The notes below the pieces were generated by a model. The model had not been told where the DNA came from, made no database searches, and worked only from the letters and a program-made list of their open reading frames with translations. This document shows positions 10,458 to 23,909 of a stretch of DNA of 31,676 bases, piece after piece. The position numbers and the translations under genes were made by a program. Numbering within the stretch: position 1 is the stretch's first letter; every line of letters starts with the position of its first letter. The stretch lies in contig NW_021829663.1 of assembly GCF_006345805.1 (NCBI RefSeq), positions 1-31,676 on the forward strand, written 5' to 3'. Origin of the DNA: Octopus sinensis (taxonomy: Eukaryota).

Positions 10458-10999
10458 TCTCTTATTATAAAAGGCAGATTTTATCTGCCTCCCTTGTAAC
10501 TTATAGAAATCTACAATATAGGATTTCTTCAATTACAATTTACCTAGCATTTTTAAGAGTAGAATGCCATCGGGTCATGCCAGGTCCAGTTTTTTAAATT
10601 TAAACTCCAATTAAGCAAAATTTACAGAAAACTCACATTCTGGTGTGTATGTCAAATGCTTTTCTTAATGTAGTTTACACCACAACGCACACGCACACAC
10701 ACAGTGTCAACGAATAAAATGAAAGTAAATAGCGACAGAGTGATTTGAGGAAGACTAAACTGAAAGTATTTAAACCACTACTCAAAAAAATAAAAATACA
10801 CAGCAACAGAAACAAATAAATACATAACGATTTACTCCTCACACAATTTCTTCATTAGAGTTTACCTAAGATTTTTCAAAGTACTCTTCGGTCATGCCAT
10901 AATATATTTCTTCAATTTCACCCCCATTAAGACAAAATTCGAGAAAACTCAATATTTTAACATTTCACTCCGAAAGCATTGATATACATGTGTGCGTGC

Positions 11000-11036
<37 letters not shown>

Positions 11037-12112
11037 ATGGTTTGTGCGACACAGAAAGTGTGGTGTAAGTGAAGTGCTTTTGTTAGTGTGTGTAAAGAGA
11101 CAGACAGAGTGAAAGACAGAAATAACTGAACTTTTTTTATTCACTTTTTGTAGTGAGTGACTGAGAGAGAAAAGAGAGAGAGAGGTTATGTATGTATATA
11201 TGTATGTATGGCTTCAGTGACACACCACACACAAAAACACATACCTACGTACACCTAAAGCACGCACACACACACACACAAGCGGAGCGCGAACTCAAAA
11301 TTTTGGTAGTATTAATTTGCGAGCGTACTTCTACGCGCGTAATTGAAAGTTTTCACTATGATATCATCACGTGCGAAAAAATTCGAAGGGTTTTGACAAT
11401 TGAGATACACATGTCACGCCTGTATTGAAACCATTGCTAAGCTGCCGTAATTGCTTAATAAGACTTTGTTTAAATTGAAAGGGGCAAATATGTGACGAGG
11501 TTGAAAAAATACCCCAGAAAAAAAAATGTACTGCTGGTATTTATATAATTCACTACTATTTTGCTACAATGTCATGAAAAAGAAAAAATTTAGGTATGTA
11601 AATCGAATTCGCCACCCCCTTTTCCCCGTTCGCGTTTGTGTAAAAAAAATTATTATTTAAGTTTTAAAAATTATTTACTTTGTTCAAAAAATTTAATATT
11701 AATTAATTTTCAAGAATTATTTAATTTTATCTGTAAAATAGTAATTAATTCATTTAACTGTAAATCCGCGAGTTGTTACTCAGGCACCTAGAATGGTAAC
11801 CTTCAACTAACACTATCTCCTCCGAGACCCTGCGGCGCAAGTTGACCAAAATTGAGAGTATGGTAGAAGAAGGGTTGCTCTTCCTTCCGTAGAACATAAA
11901 ATTCAAATCGGACCATGTTAACACCAAAAATTATTTACATCAAAAGAGTGCTTTTTTCTATGAAAATCCCTATTTTTTACGATTTTTTCACTGCTGTGTC
12001 GCCACTTTTCGGTGTATTTCGACCAGAAAAATGTTCACAAAATTTTTACTTTTCAAAATTACAATTCCAGCGGGTGGAAACAAACCCGAGCAGCGCCGGG
12101 CGATACTGCTAG
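10458..12112 (+). mobile_element. Non-autonomous Helitron (about 1.65 kb)
   Basis: 5' A|TCTCTTATTATAAAAG; 3' GC hairpin CCCG-AGCAGCGC-CGGG (12085-12100), 8 nt spacer, then CTAG|T; internal (CA)/(TG) tracts. The 3' end is stronger evidence than the 5' end. Confidence 0.7.
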
Positions 12113-12126
12113 TATATATATATTAA

Positions 12127-12279
12127 AGGCATTACTATATATAAATGCCTGACGCTAGGAAGGACTCTTAAAGTCAAAACTACCATAATAAACTCATAAT
12201 GTATTTATTATGGTTTATTATTGTAGTTTTAACTTTAAGAGTCCCTCCTAGTGTGAGGCATTTATATATAGTAATGCCC
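12127..12279. mobile_element. Palindromic MITE with TTAA flanks (Kolobok-like)
   Basis: TTAA|AGGCATTACTATATATAAATGCCT...AGGCATTTATATATAGTAATGCCC|TTAA; arms of about 65 bp; purine-purine termini with TTAA TSD fit Kolobok better than piggyBac (CCY termini). Confidence 0.65.
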
Positions 12280-12489
12280 TTAATACAAATGAATATATTT
12301 AAAGGGAATAATTAATAAAATTTTCCCTTGTGAGGTTTTTCACGCTACTTGATAATTTCTTATAAAAATGAATCCTATTTTAAAACTATATATATATACA
12401 TGTGTGTGTGTGTGTGTATAATAAAAGGAATGGTTTACACCTGGTAGCTTACTGGTAAAGCACTGTTACTTTCACAATGATCGTTATGT

Positions 12490-12759
12490 ATATGGCAAAT
12501 GAATGATGGAAGACCATACGAGAATTTATTATTAATCACAACAATTGTTTCGACGCATCTAACATTGATTCCTCATGGGTGGGACACTCAACAGCTGGTT
12601 CAGGAGCATCCAGCGATGCTTATGTATCTCGTTGGTTTCTCCTAAACCAGTTGTTGAGTGTCCTACCCATGAGGGATCGATGCTAGATCCGTCGAAACAA
12701 TTGTAGTGTTTAATATTAAATTCTCGTAAATTCCATCTTCCGCCTTTCATTTGCCATAT
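12490..12759. repeat. 270-bp imperfect palindrome
   Basis: ATATGGCAAATGAA...ACAATTGTTTCGACG...CTCAACAGCTGGTT is mirrored by AACCAGTTGTTGAG...CGTCGAAACAATTGT...TTCATTTGCCATAT. Confidence 0.85.
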
Positions 12760-12772
12760 GTATGGATGTATG

Positions 12773-12818
<46 letters not shown>

Positions 12819-12993
12819 TATATATATATATTATGGAAACTCAAAATGAGGCGGCAGTGTTGGACTCCCTCCTTCACCGAAAGCGAATCACAGAAGATTG
12901 GCCATTGAAATATATTTGTATACATATGTATGCATGGATAGATGAACGGATGTATGTATGTATGTATGTATGTATGTATGTATGTTATATATA

Positions 12994-13041
<48 letters not shown>

Positions 13042-13339
13042 GACTGTCCTGGAACCTCACCCACAAAAATTTAAAAAAGCAAAAAATTAAAAAACAAAAA
13101 ATGTTTTCTTCTAAACAAACCAATCTGTTTTATATAAATAAACAACTTGTTTGTACATTCACAAAACAAAAAAAAAAAAAAGAAAAGTTATTTCACAAGT
13201 TCGAAAACGAACGAAATCGGTAACGATAATAATGAATAAATGAAAAAACTCTTTTTCAAAAATTCTGGCTACATCCTCTTTTCTCAATATATATATATAT
13301 TATATATATATATATATTATATATATAATTGTGTGTGTG

Positions 13340-13382
<43 letters not shown>

Positions 13383-13383
13383 G

Positions 13384-13414
<31 letters not shown>

Positions 13415-13725
13415 TTGTGTGTGTGTGCGTGTGCGTGCGCGCGCGTATGTATATATGTGTGTGTGCTTTATATATATATATATTTACACATATACACACA
13501 CTCATATACACATGCATGATCTAAATGTACAGAGAAAAATTTATATTACAATCATTATGCATACATATATACACATACTGCATACATATATATGTATGCA
13601 TACATACGTACATACACTCTCTCATATATCTATATACGTATATACATATATACAAACATGTATATATACACAAAATATATATATATTATACATAATAATA
13701 CATATGTATTATATACATATACATA

Positions 13726-13796
<71 letters not shown>

Positions 13797-13803
<7 letters not shown>

Positions 13804-15035
13804 CGTAAGTTATTTGAGGACATGGCTTTTTGGGTAATGCTGCATTTTTTGCTAACTCTGTATAATCTTTGTTTCAGAAAATAATAATAGCAGACCCTCA
13901 GCTTACTCAAAAAATAAAGAGGCATGCTGTTATTGTAGTTATAAAGGCTGGGCATAGCGATTTAGAAATATCTCGATTTTTAAAAGTTTGTAAGGAGTTA
14001 GAATTTGAAGATGGAAACGTATCACCAGTATCAAACCATAAAAAAAAACATTCTAAACGTTCCGAAATCACCAGAACATTTAAACTTATCTACGAAGTTC
14101 AACAGACCATCGATTACAATCTCAGAAAGTCCATGAGGTCAATTGCAAAAGATCTCCATGTGTCAGAAGGAACAGTCAGAAATGTTGTCCGCGAAGACAT
14201 CAGATATAAGTCTTATATGATGAGGAAAGGTAAATCTGTCAGAAATGCAAAAGAAAATCATTACATCAGATCTAAAAGGTTTAAACAAACTGAACAATCC
14301 AGCAGAAGAATTTGATTTGGTTTTTCTCAAATGGGAAAATCTTCGATCAAGATCAAAATGTTAACAGAAAAAATGACAGATGGTTATGTGCAGACCCTTC
14401 TGAAGTTCCAAGTGTTATGCATACAAAATTTCCTGCAACTGTCATGGTTTTAGGGGTTGTCAGCAATGAAGCGCATGTGATGCCTCCTTACTTTTTTCAC
14501 AAGGCCTTAGAGTTAAGTCTGTGGCCTCCCTTGAGGTTCTGGAAACAATTGTTAAGTCCTGGATAGACAGTGCATGTAATGGAAGGTTATATGTGTTTCA
14601 GTAAGACTCTGCACTATCACACATGGTCCTAGTAACACAGGAATGATTGGCTGAAAATTTTCATGATCACATAACTCCTAACATTTGGCCTCCTAATTTC
14701 CCTGATCTCAATCCATTGGACTATTACATATGAAACGTTGTTGAGAGAGAGGTCAATGAACATACCCATAACAGTAAAGATTTTTTGAAAGTGGCCATAG
14801 TCAGAGTAATGTCCAAAATGAATCAGGACCATTTGATTCGAGCATGTAGATGATTTAGATCTCATATAGAAGCAGTTGTTGAAGCTGAAGGTGGTTTTAT
14901 TGAATAACATTATAGAAAAGAAGGTTTATTTTAATCCTCATAGCATTTTTCGATAAATAAAGTTATTATCTGTTGTTATATATCTGCTTTTTTTTTATAA
15001 ACATAAATCTGTCCTCAAATATCTTACGCATCCTG
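13797..15035 (+). mobile_element. Full-length defective Tc1/mariner transposon, DD37D (maT) family
   Basis: 26-bp TIRs TAGGGTACGTAAGTTATTTGAGGACA / TGTCCTCAAATATCTTACGCATCCTG (4 mismatches), TA flanks, transposase remnants inside. Confidence 0.9.
13887..14907 (+). pseudogene. DD37D transposase pseudogene
   Basis: HTH region RKSMRSIAKDLHVSEGTVR; IWFFSNGK (first D lost); MVLGVVSNE; YVFQ*DSALSH...WPPNFPDLNPLDYY with 37 residues between the second and third D; several stops and frameshifts. Confidence 0.88.
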
Positions 15036-15589
15036 TATATATATACATAACTACATATACGTGTATGCATCTATATATACACGTACATCTATCTACGTAC
15101 ATGTATGTATTTATGTATACGCACACATATAGTGTGTGTGTGCACGTGTATGAATACGTGTATGTGCAAGTGTATGTTTGCGTATCTTTTGGTGGGATAA
15201 GATAATGAAATTCTACATTTTCCCCTCATTTTTCCTTCTGGCAAATTCCCCGAAGCACCAGAATTATTATCGATAAGAACTTAGAATGGAAACCCTACAT
15301 CAAAACCAAAAAGTGATGTAACTAAAACTAGCGAATTATTTCTCCAAGATACTTTAAAAATTCTGATGAAACGTCTTCGATTGAGTATTTGTGTCTCATT
15401 ATGACTTTGACCCCAACATATCTCAGATGTTATTGTAAGTACATTATAGCCATGGCGAAGCAGATGAGGTTTTTTGGATAGTGAAGCTTCTCAAATGTGA
15501 CCTCAATAACACAGCTGAACAACCGGGAAGTTTTCCAATTCTTGATGCTAATGCTGCTATTGTTGAAGATTGGACATTCTAGAGGCGTT

Positions 15590-16005
15590 TCAATTGTCCG
15601 TATGAGATTTACTTAGGGAATTGGTTGTCTATCTGCTGCGGTTGTCCTACCTACGCGGTTCTTCCTGGACGTTCTTTCGATGCTGGGAAGCTTTGCCTTT
15701 TCAAGATCTCTAATGTTTAACCAGTAGTCCTTCCATCAGACCTTCATGTTGCTACGAAGTTAATACTGAAAGAAGCCCTCCAAATCGATCAGAACTCCAC
15801 TCCAAGTGAGCTTTTTACAGGTGTGCGAGGGCGACAACTGCCATACACGTTGTATAACTTAGAATCGGTCTACGCGTCCCGGCTCTGAAAAATCCGGATT
15901 CGAAAGATCCCGAAATCAGTTGCTGTATAATACAAACATTGCTGGATTTCGCAATCAATTTTAGAGGTAGTCAGTACCCGAGTTCATATTCTTCTTCGAC
16001 CTTTG
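15590..16005 (-). pseudogene. RTE-clade LINE fragment (post-RT region), highly decayed
   Basis: Minus-strand pieces SKIDCEIQQCLYYTATDFGIFRIRIFQSRD..SKL..VY, LEKAKLPSIE and *VGQ..IDNQFPK*ISYGQLK follow the RTE consensus order. Confidence 0.6.
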
Positions 16006-16009
16006 GTAA

Positions 16010-16235
16010 CAGTAGTTCTCGACCGGGGTTCACATGAACTTTAAGGGTCCACATAAGATTTTGTTGTTAAAATTTACTTGCAATGAATTGGTTATACTTC
16101 CACAATACACAAAATATTTCAATAGCTTTTTTTATACAATTCTTAATATTTAATTATAAAAATATTACAGGGTTTTTGAATGGCTATGGGGGTCCATTAG
16201 AATAGAATAGATGTCAAATGGGGTCATAGGTAAGA
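16010..16235 (+). mobile_element. hAT (Charlie-like) MITE fragment
   Basis: Starts CAGTAGTTCTCGACCGGGG with repeated GGG(G)TCCA subterminal motifs; right TIR not recognisable. Confidence 0.45.
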
Positions 16236-16309
16236 GAGGAATATATATATATATACGCCAGAGAAACCAGAAGCCGGTCCTATGCACCTTATGAAATAAT
16301 GTGGACTAA

Positions 16310-16567
16310 ATAAATAATAAATGCGCCCTTTTAAAGCCTAGCCAGGCTCATGGACCCGGTTTCCCGGTTTCTATGGCGTGTGAGTTCCCAGCTGGATGGG
16401 AGCCAGTCCATCGCCGCGTTTCTCATTTTTGCCAGATGAGTGGACTGGAGCAACGTCAAATGAAGTGTTTTGCTCAAGAACACAACGCATCGCCCGGTCC
16501 AGGAATCGAAACCACAATCTTACGATCATGATGCTGACACCCTAACCACTAAGCCACGCGCCTCCAC
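16310..16567 (-). mobile_element. Complete tRNA-derived SINE with 12-bp TSD
   Basis: Head GGCGCGTGGCTTAGTGGTTAGGG...GGTTTCGATTCC; (TTTA)n tail; perfect TSD AATGTGGACTAA at 16298-16309 and 16568-16579; partial copy at 19432-19598. Confidence 0.9.
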
Positions 16568-17702
16568 AATGTGGACTAACCATCATGAAATCCTTAAGAA
16601 TCTGATATTTTTGGGGTGAAATACCCTTCTCAAAGAGTAATGGGAACTGGAGTACGACTCTAAGTTCGTGACGGTTTTATATCTATAAACTATAGACTTG
16701 AGTTGCCACAACCTTAGACACATCCTCCAGTCTGCATCATTCATAGAGAAAGGACATTTTCACTCGAAATATCGGTTTATTAAAGGTGTTATGGTAAAAA
16801 GTTTAAAGTTATATTTAACCTTTTCTCGGTCACATAGCTTTGCCTTTACTATTTTATATCTCTGCCGAAGTCGACTTTGCCTTTTATCCTTTCGAATTCA
16901 ATAAAATGATTACCAGTTTAATGTTGGGGTCGATGAAATCGACTTAACTCCCCACTTAAAACAGTTGGCTGTGTGCCATAATTTTCCTCCACAATTTTGT
17001 ATCTTTATATCTAAAAGGCCGAGTTAGCTGTCACTTTCTTGATCGGTTCTCTCACATCTCAAGAATGTCAGTCGAAGGATGTGGTGTAGCATTGAACAGA
17101 AGAGGGTGAGAGATGGGGTGGGGCTGGGAGAAGGAGCGCATTAAAACATAACAAGGGCAAAAAGAAATTGGCGAGTTTCCAGACAAGATATACAACTCTG
17201 AAACTACAGTGCTCATTAGAAATTATGCTTTTATTATCCCTTTCGAACCACAGTTTTCTCGATTCTCTTAACTCACAATTCACTCTTCCATTTCGAAGTC
17301 TTTTATTCACTATCGTTCTTCCAACTTCGTTTTGATTTTTATTTGTTTATTCTGTCATTCTTTAACAATATTGGTTATATAACATTCACATTTCTAGTAG
17401 AGTCTCCCAATTTATTCTACCGATTTACCAATTTTTCAATGAATCAAGTTATTGGAATATTACCTTGTTTAGTTATTTGCCCCATAGTCGATATTTTTTA
17501 CCATTCTATGCGAAAAAATATATTCTTTTGTAATTTTAAAACATGGAATCAAGCATCTTTACAAAAGAATGCAGCATTCAACGAATAATTACATTTAATA
17601 TGTTAAAAATATTATTTTGTCTAATATATTTCATTTTCAGAAGACATACTCCATCATATTTGAGACGGGTAATATGGTAGAAGATATTTATGTATGCAAT
17701 GC

Positions 17703-17916
17703 TCCTTTCTACTCTAGGCACAAGACTCGAAATTGATAGGGAGGGGGCCATTGGATTAGATCGACCCCAATATGCAACTGGTACTTAATTTAACGATCCC
17801 GAAAGGATGAAAGGCAAAGTCGACCTTGGCGGAATTTGTACACAGAATGTAAAGACAGGCGAAATATAGCTAAGAATTTCGCCCAGCGTGCTAATAATTC
17901 TGCCCGATTGCTGCCC
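17703..17916 (-). mobile_element. Family S1 SINE
   Basis: Reverse-complement homologue of 961-1160. Confidence 0.8.
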
Positions 17917-18049
17917 TCAAACTACAAATCGTTGTTAGAGTATCCATATACATAGGGGTCAGTATCTAGAAACGCTTTAACTGAGGAAGATCTGCATAAT
18001 GGATGTATTTCTTGTTATGTTACACAAACCTGAAACGTACATATTAAAT

Positions 18050-18618
18050 CAGTGGTTCTCATACTTTTCACAAAAAAAATTTACATGCCGGTCCCCTTAC
18101 AATTTTTTCGATGATTCACGGTCCCCTATAAAATGCCGGGCAATTAACACGGAAAAAATGACATACATATGTGTTACGTAATTTCCGGACTATGAACCTC
18201 ACTGCCCATCGACCCCCATTCCCGAAAACCACAACTTAATCCAGGTAATGTCCCATTGGGATACAATAAATGCACATAAAAATATGGAGAATCAGTTGAT
18301 CAATTGGCTATAAAACAAATGAGAAACAAAAAATACCGACAGCACATGCACAATCAACCGTTATATCCGCATATTTTCTATCGGCCAATCATACTTGTAA
18401 AACAAGTGTGATTAGCAAATGAGTGTGTAGGAGTGGCGTGGGTTTCTGAGGCCAACAACCAGAATGGATTATAGTATGCGAAAAATTGGAAGTCTTAAAA
18501 TTTTTTAAACTGTTGCAGGCCACCCCGTTTTTACGATACTTCAGCGTCCTTTCGCAGTTCCCCTAAAATCCCTTCGCGGTCTTCTAGAGGACTGCGGACC
18601 TCATTTTGCGAACTACTG
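18050..18618. mobile_element. Non-autonomous hAT (Charlie-like) element
   Basis: TIRs CAGTGGTTCTCA / TGCGAACTACTG; 8-bp TSD TATTAAAT / CATTAAAT (7 of 8). Confidence 0.8.
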
Positions 18619-18784
18619 CATTAAATGACTCCAAAATATCCCTGTTTGGTTTGATTTCGCTATTACAAACCATACATATATATATATAATGTCTATATAT
18701 TTGTTGTGCAAGATTTATTGGCTAAACTGGCAAAATGACCATTCCGAAATACAACAATATATATATATATATATATTACTTTTA

Positions 18785-19430
18785 AAAAGTTCTTTGACTG
18801 GTTTCAGCCAGAGGCAGAGGCCACGCTGGAGCACAGCCTTTCAGTGTTTTGGGGGTCCCTTTTCTGTACCGTTTTTGGTGAAGAAGCGAGTTGGACGGAG
18901 CTGGTTGGTCTTCTTTGTGCCTCCTGCCGCGATCTGGGTTCATCTGGGATTTCAGAGAAAAATTTGTCTAGTTGTTTTATGAACGTTTCTACATCTATAC
19001 CTCGCAAAACTCTGAGGATGTATGGCAGGATGTCAAACAATTGTAGCCCCCTGAAACCCAAGCTGCTGTAATACTAGGTCCTTATCCGAAACGAGGAAGA
19101 CAAGATCTTTGGTATTATGAACTGCCTTCCAGTTCCATTCGAAGTTGGCATTTAGACCTTCCAGGATCTTCCATATGTATATCACTGCATACCTTTTTTG
19201 CCTTCTCTCCTGAGAGATTCATGTAGCCTTCCTCTGGACCTCATCTGTTTCACAAAGTCAGTCTTTGTGTAGTAGAGCTGACTTGCCTCAAGTTCTGCCA
19301 CCAATTTCACGTTCTGCAGCGACCACAGTTGGGGGTAGTTATCCAGACGACAGAGAACAAACTTCCTCCGTAGGAATAGCAAGGTATCCTTCTTTCTGGT
19401 TCTGGATGACCTAAGGATCCATCCAGCTAC
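18785..19430 (-). pseudogene. 3' fragment of a CR1/L2-group LINE
   Basis: Minus-strand FVLCRLDNYPQLWS...ELEA, SQERRQKRYAVIYIWKILEGL and GFRGLQLFDILP...FIKQLDKFFSEIPDEP are typical CR1-type C-terminal motifs. Confidence 0.8.
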
Positions 19431-19431
19431 T

Positions 19432-19598
19432 CACCTGTCGGTCCGTTGCAGGTTTAGTCATTTTTTACCACCTGAGTGGACTAGAGCGTCGTGAAATGTA
19501 GTATTTTTCTTAAGAACGCATCGCATCGTCCGGTCCAGGAGACGAAACCACAATCTTACGATCATGAGTCCAACATCCTAACCACTAAGCCATGTGTC
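19432..19598 (-). mobile_element. Partial tRNA-derived SINE (same family as 16310-16567)
   Basis: Shares CCACAATCTTACGATCATG...CCTAACCACTAAGCCA. Confidence 0.75.
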
Positions 19599-19663
19599 TT
19601 TATATATATGTATGCCCCATGGCCCTCATGGAGTAAAGTTGAGTAACTATATCTATCTATCTA

Positions 19664-19733
<70 letters not shown>

Positions 19734-19747
19734 TGATCTATCTATCG

Positions 19748-19867
<120 letters not shown>

Positions 19868-19955
19868 GTCTGTGTATATATATATAGATGTATGTGTCAT
19901 CTTAAGCCGTTAATCCCGACACATTTTTTCTCTCTCCATTTTTTTCCTGTCATCC

Positions 19956-19991
19956 CTTACTGTCGAAGAACGTAGGTTCGAAACGTCAAAG
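19956..19991 (+). ncRNA. Minimal type I hammerhead-like motif with a core substitution
   Basis: CTT(A)/(A)AAG stem I; CTGTCGA core (A6U) plus extra A; stem II GAAC-GTAG-GTTC; GAAA-C-GTC. Confidence 0.5.
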
Positions 19992-20100
19992 ACTTTCCCA
20001 TTCGTCCCGAGCGTCAAAGTAATACATCTGCCTGGTGTTGCAACCCCTATCATTGTCTTTTGTCTTCTGTAAATCTGAACCATACATGTATATATATATG

Positions 20101-20137
<37 letters not shown>

Positions 20138-20210
20138 ATTTACAGACACAAACTGACAGATAAACAGACAGAGACAGACAGAGAGACAGAGAGCCAGAAA
20201 GACAGAGACT

Positions 20211-20323
<113 letters not shown>

Positions 20324-20583
20324 AGGTAGACAGGTAGGTTGACAGGTAGATAGATGCTTTCTATCTATTTATTTATCTACCTACCTACCTACCTACCTAC
20401 CTACCTACCTATCTACCTACCTATCTACCTATCTATCTATCTATCTACCTACCTACCTACCTACCTACCTACCTATCTACCTACCTATCTACCTATGTAT
20501 CTATCTATCCATCTATCTATCTATCTATCTATTTATCTATTTACCTATCTATCAGTCTCTGTCTTTCTGTCTGTCTCTGTATG

Positions 20584-20615
<32 letters not shown>

Positions 20616-20623
<8 letters not shown>

Positions 20624-21188
20624 AACACATAAGAGATGACCATTATAGGACATCTGACTCACTAGAAAGAGCAGTTAAACTCCAAACTATAATAGTTGTA
20701 ATTCTGAAAGGGAGTGAGAAGTAAAAACATTTACCCTGTCTTTCCTGGACTATGCATAGTTTCGGCAATGTTTTGTAAATAAAATAAAATGATTTCAATT
20801 TACAATTGGCGTTGCCATCTTCAGCAGGAAGCCAAGGCTAACATATAGGCACGAGGCGATAAGGACCATGCCTCGTATCTATATGTTATAACTTTTCAAA
20901 ATCCACCACACACGCGCGGGTTTTTAGCAGTAAATACAATTGCCGATTTCCTTTCAAAATTAGCCCCAAAAAACTTTTATCATTAATTAATAAATCTAAG
21001 GGTAGCAAAAAAAAAAATTTAGAAAAATTCTTTGCTACCAGTTGTCTAGCGAGAAGGAAAAATTAGTCGATGGACTATATCGTATATTTAAACACATAAG
21101 AGATGATCATAATAGGACATCTGACTCACTAGAAAGAGCAGTTAAACTCCAAACCACTAACAGTTGTAATTCTGAAAGGGAATGAGAA
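20616..21188 (-). mobile_element. Retrozyme/Penelope-like non-autonomous unit: 467-bp period with about 105-bp terminal direct repeats and an internal hammerhead
   Basis: 20616-20720 is repeated at 21083-21188 with a few mismatches and one indel; hammerhead and hairpins lie between them; TA-rich flanks. Confidence 0.65.
20742..20830 (-). ncRNA. Type I hammerhead ribozyme with intact core
   Basis: Minus strand: UUCCUG-CUGAAGA-U-GGCAA...UUGCC-GAAA-C-UAUGCAUA-GUC-CAGGAA. Stem I is 6 perfect bp, stem II is 5 bp plus an 8-bp extension, stem III is the palindrome ACUAUGCAUAGU, and the triplet is GUC. Confidence 0.85.
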
Positions 21189-21628
21189 ATATATATGTAT
21201 ACTCACACAAGCACACACAAACACACACATACATATATATATTCTAAAGTGCGAATAGCCACGTTAATAATTTACACAAGCACACGCGCGCGCGCACACA
21301 GTTATTTTATCGACTACGAAAGAATTAGTGACAAAGGCGGTCTCAGCAAAATTTGACGCCCCGCAAAGCCGGAAGAAATGCCGCTAAGCATTTCGTCCGA
21401 CGTGCTGACGATTCTGCCAGTACACTGCCCATTTTCATGATATATATATATATATTATATTATGCAAGTTAATACATTTCTAATATATAATATCTATAAT
21501 AGATGTATGTTAATGTGTTTATAATGCACAGACACACACGCACACACACTGACTTGGAAATGGATGCGTAGCGTTCAATTAAATAATAAATAATGAATAA
21601 TAATGATAATAATAAATATATATATATA

Positions 21629-21830
<202 letters not shown>

Positions 21831-21900
21831 GGGTTGGTGCATAATTATTGCGGCTTCTTTTTTTTCAACAAATTTTATTCAACAAATGGCGGTGTGACCT
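21831..21900 (+). mobile_element. Isolated mariner left end (Hsmar1/MADE1-like TIR)
   Basis: TA|GGGTTGGTGCATAATTATTGCGG resembles the mariner TIR TTAGGTTGGTGCAAAAGTAATTGCGG; no partner TIR seen. Confidence 0.5.
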
Positions 21901-22004
21901 CTGCCAAGCAAATGGGAAGCAGTAACTGAAGTAGATAGTGAATATGCTCCGAGATAATCAATTAAAGATGTTTTTGTTACATGTTGTTATTGTTTTTGTC
22001 GATA

Positions 22005-23908
<1,904 letters not shown>

Positions 23909-23909
23909 A

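Noticed and set aside
8410-12759. Shared TTTGCCAT/ATGGCAAA word near the ends of the two long palindromes
   Set aside because: An 8-bp match in opposite relative orientation with no further similarity; insufficient to link the families.
15363-15375. CTGATGAAACGTC, an overlapping CTGATGA and GAAACGTC
   Set aside because: The two halves overlap, leaving no room for stem II; it lies at the edge of a decayed RTE region.
17068-17588. ORFs 17068-17310 (-) and 17343-17588 (+) in non-microsatellite DNA
   Set aside because: No recognisable domain, convincing splice signals or start context; lengths are compatible with chance.
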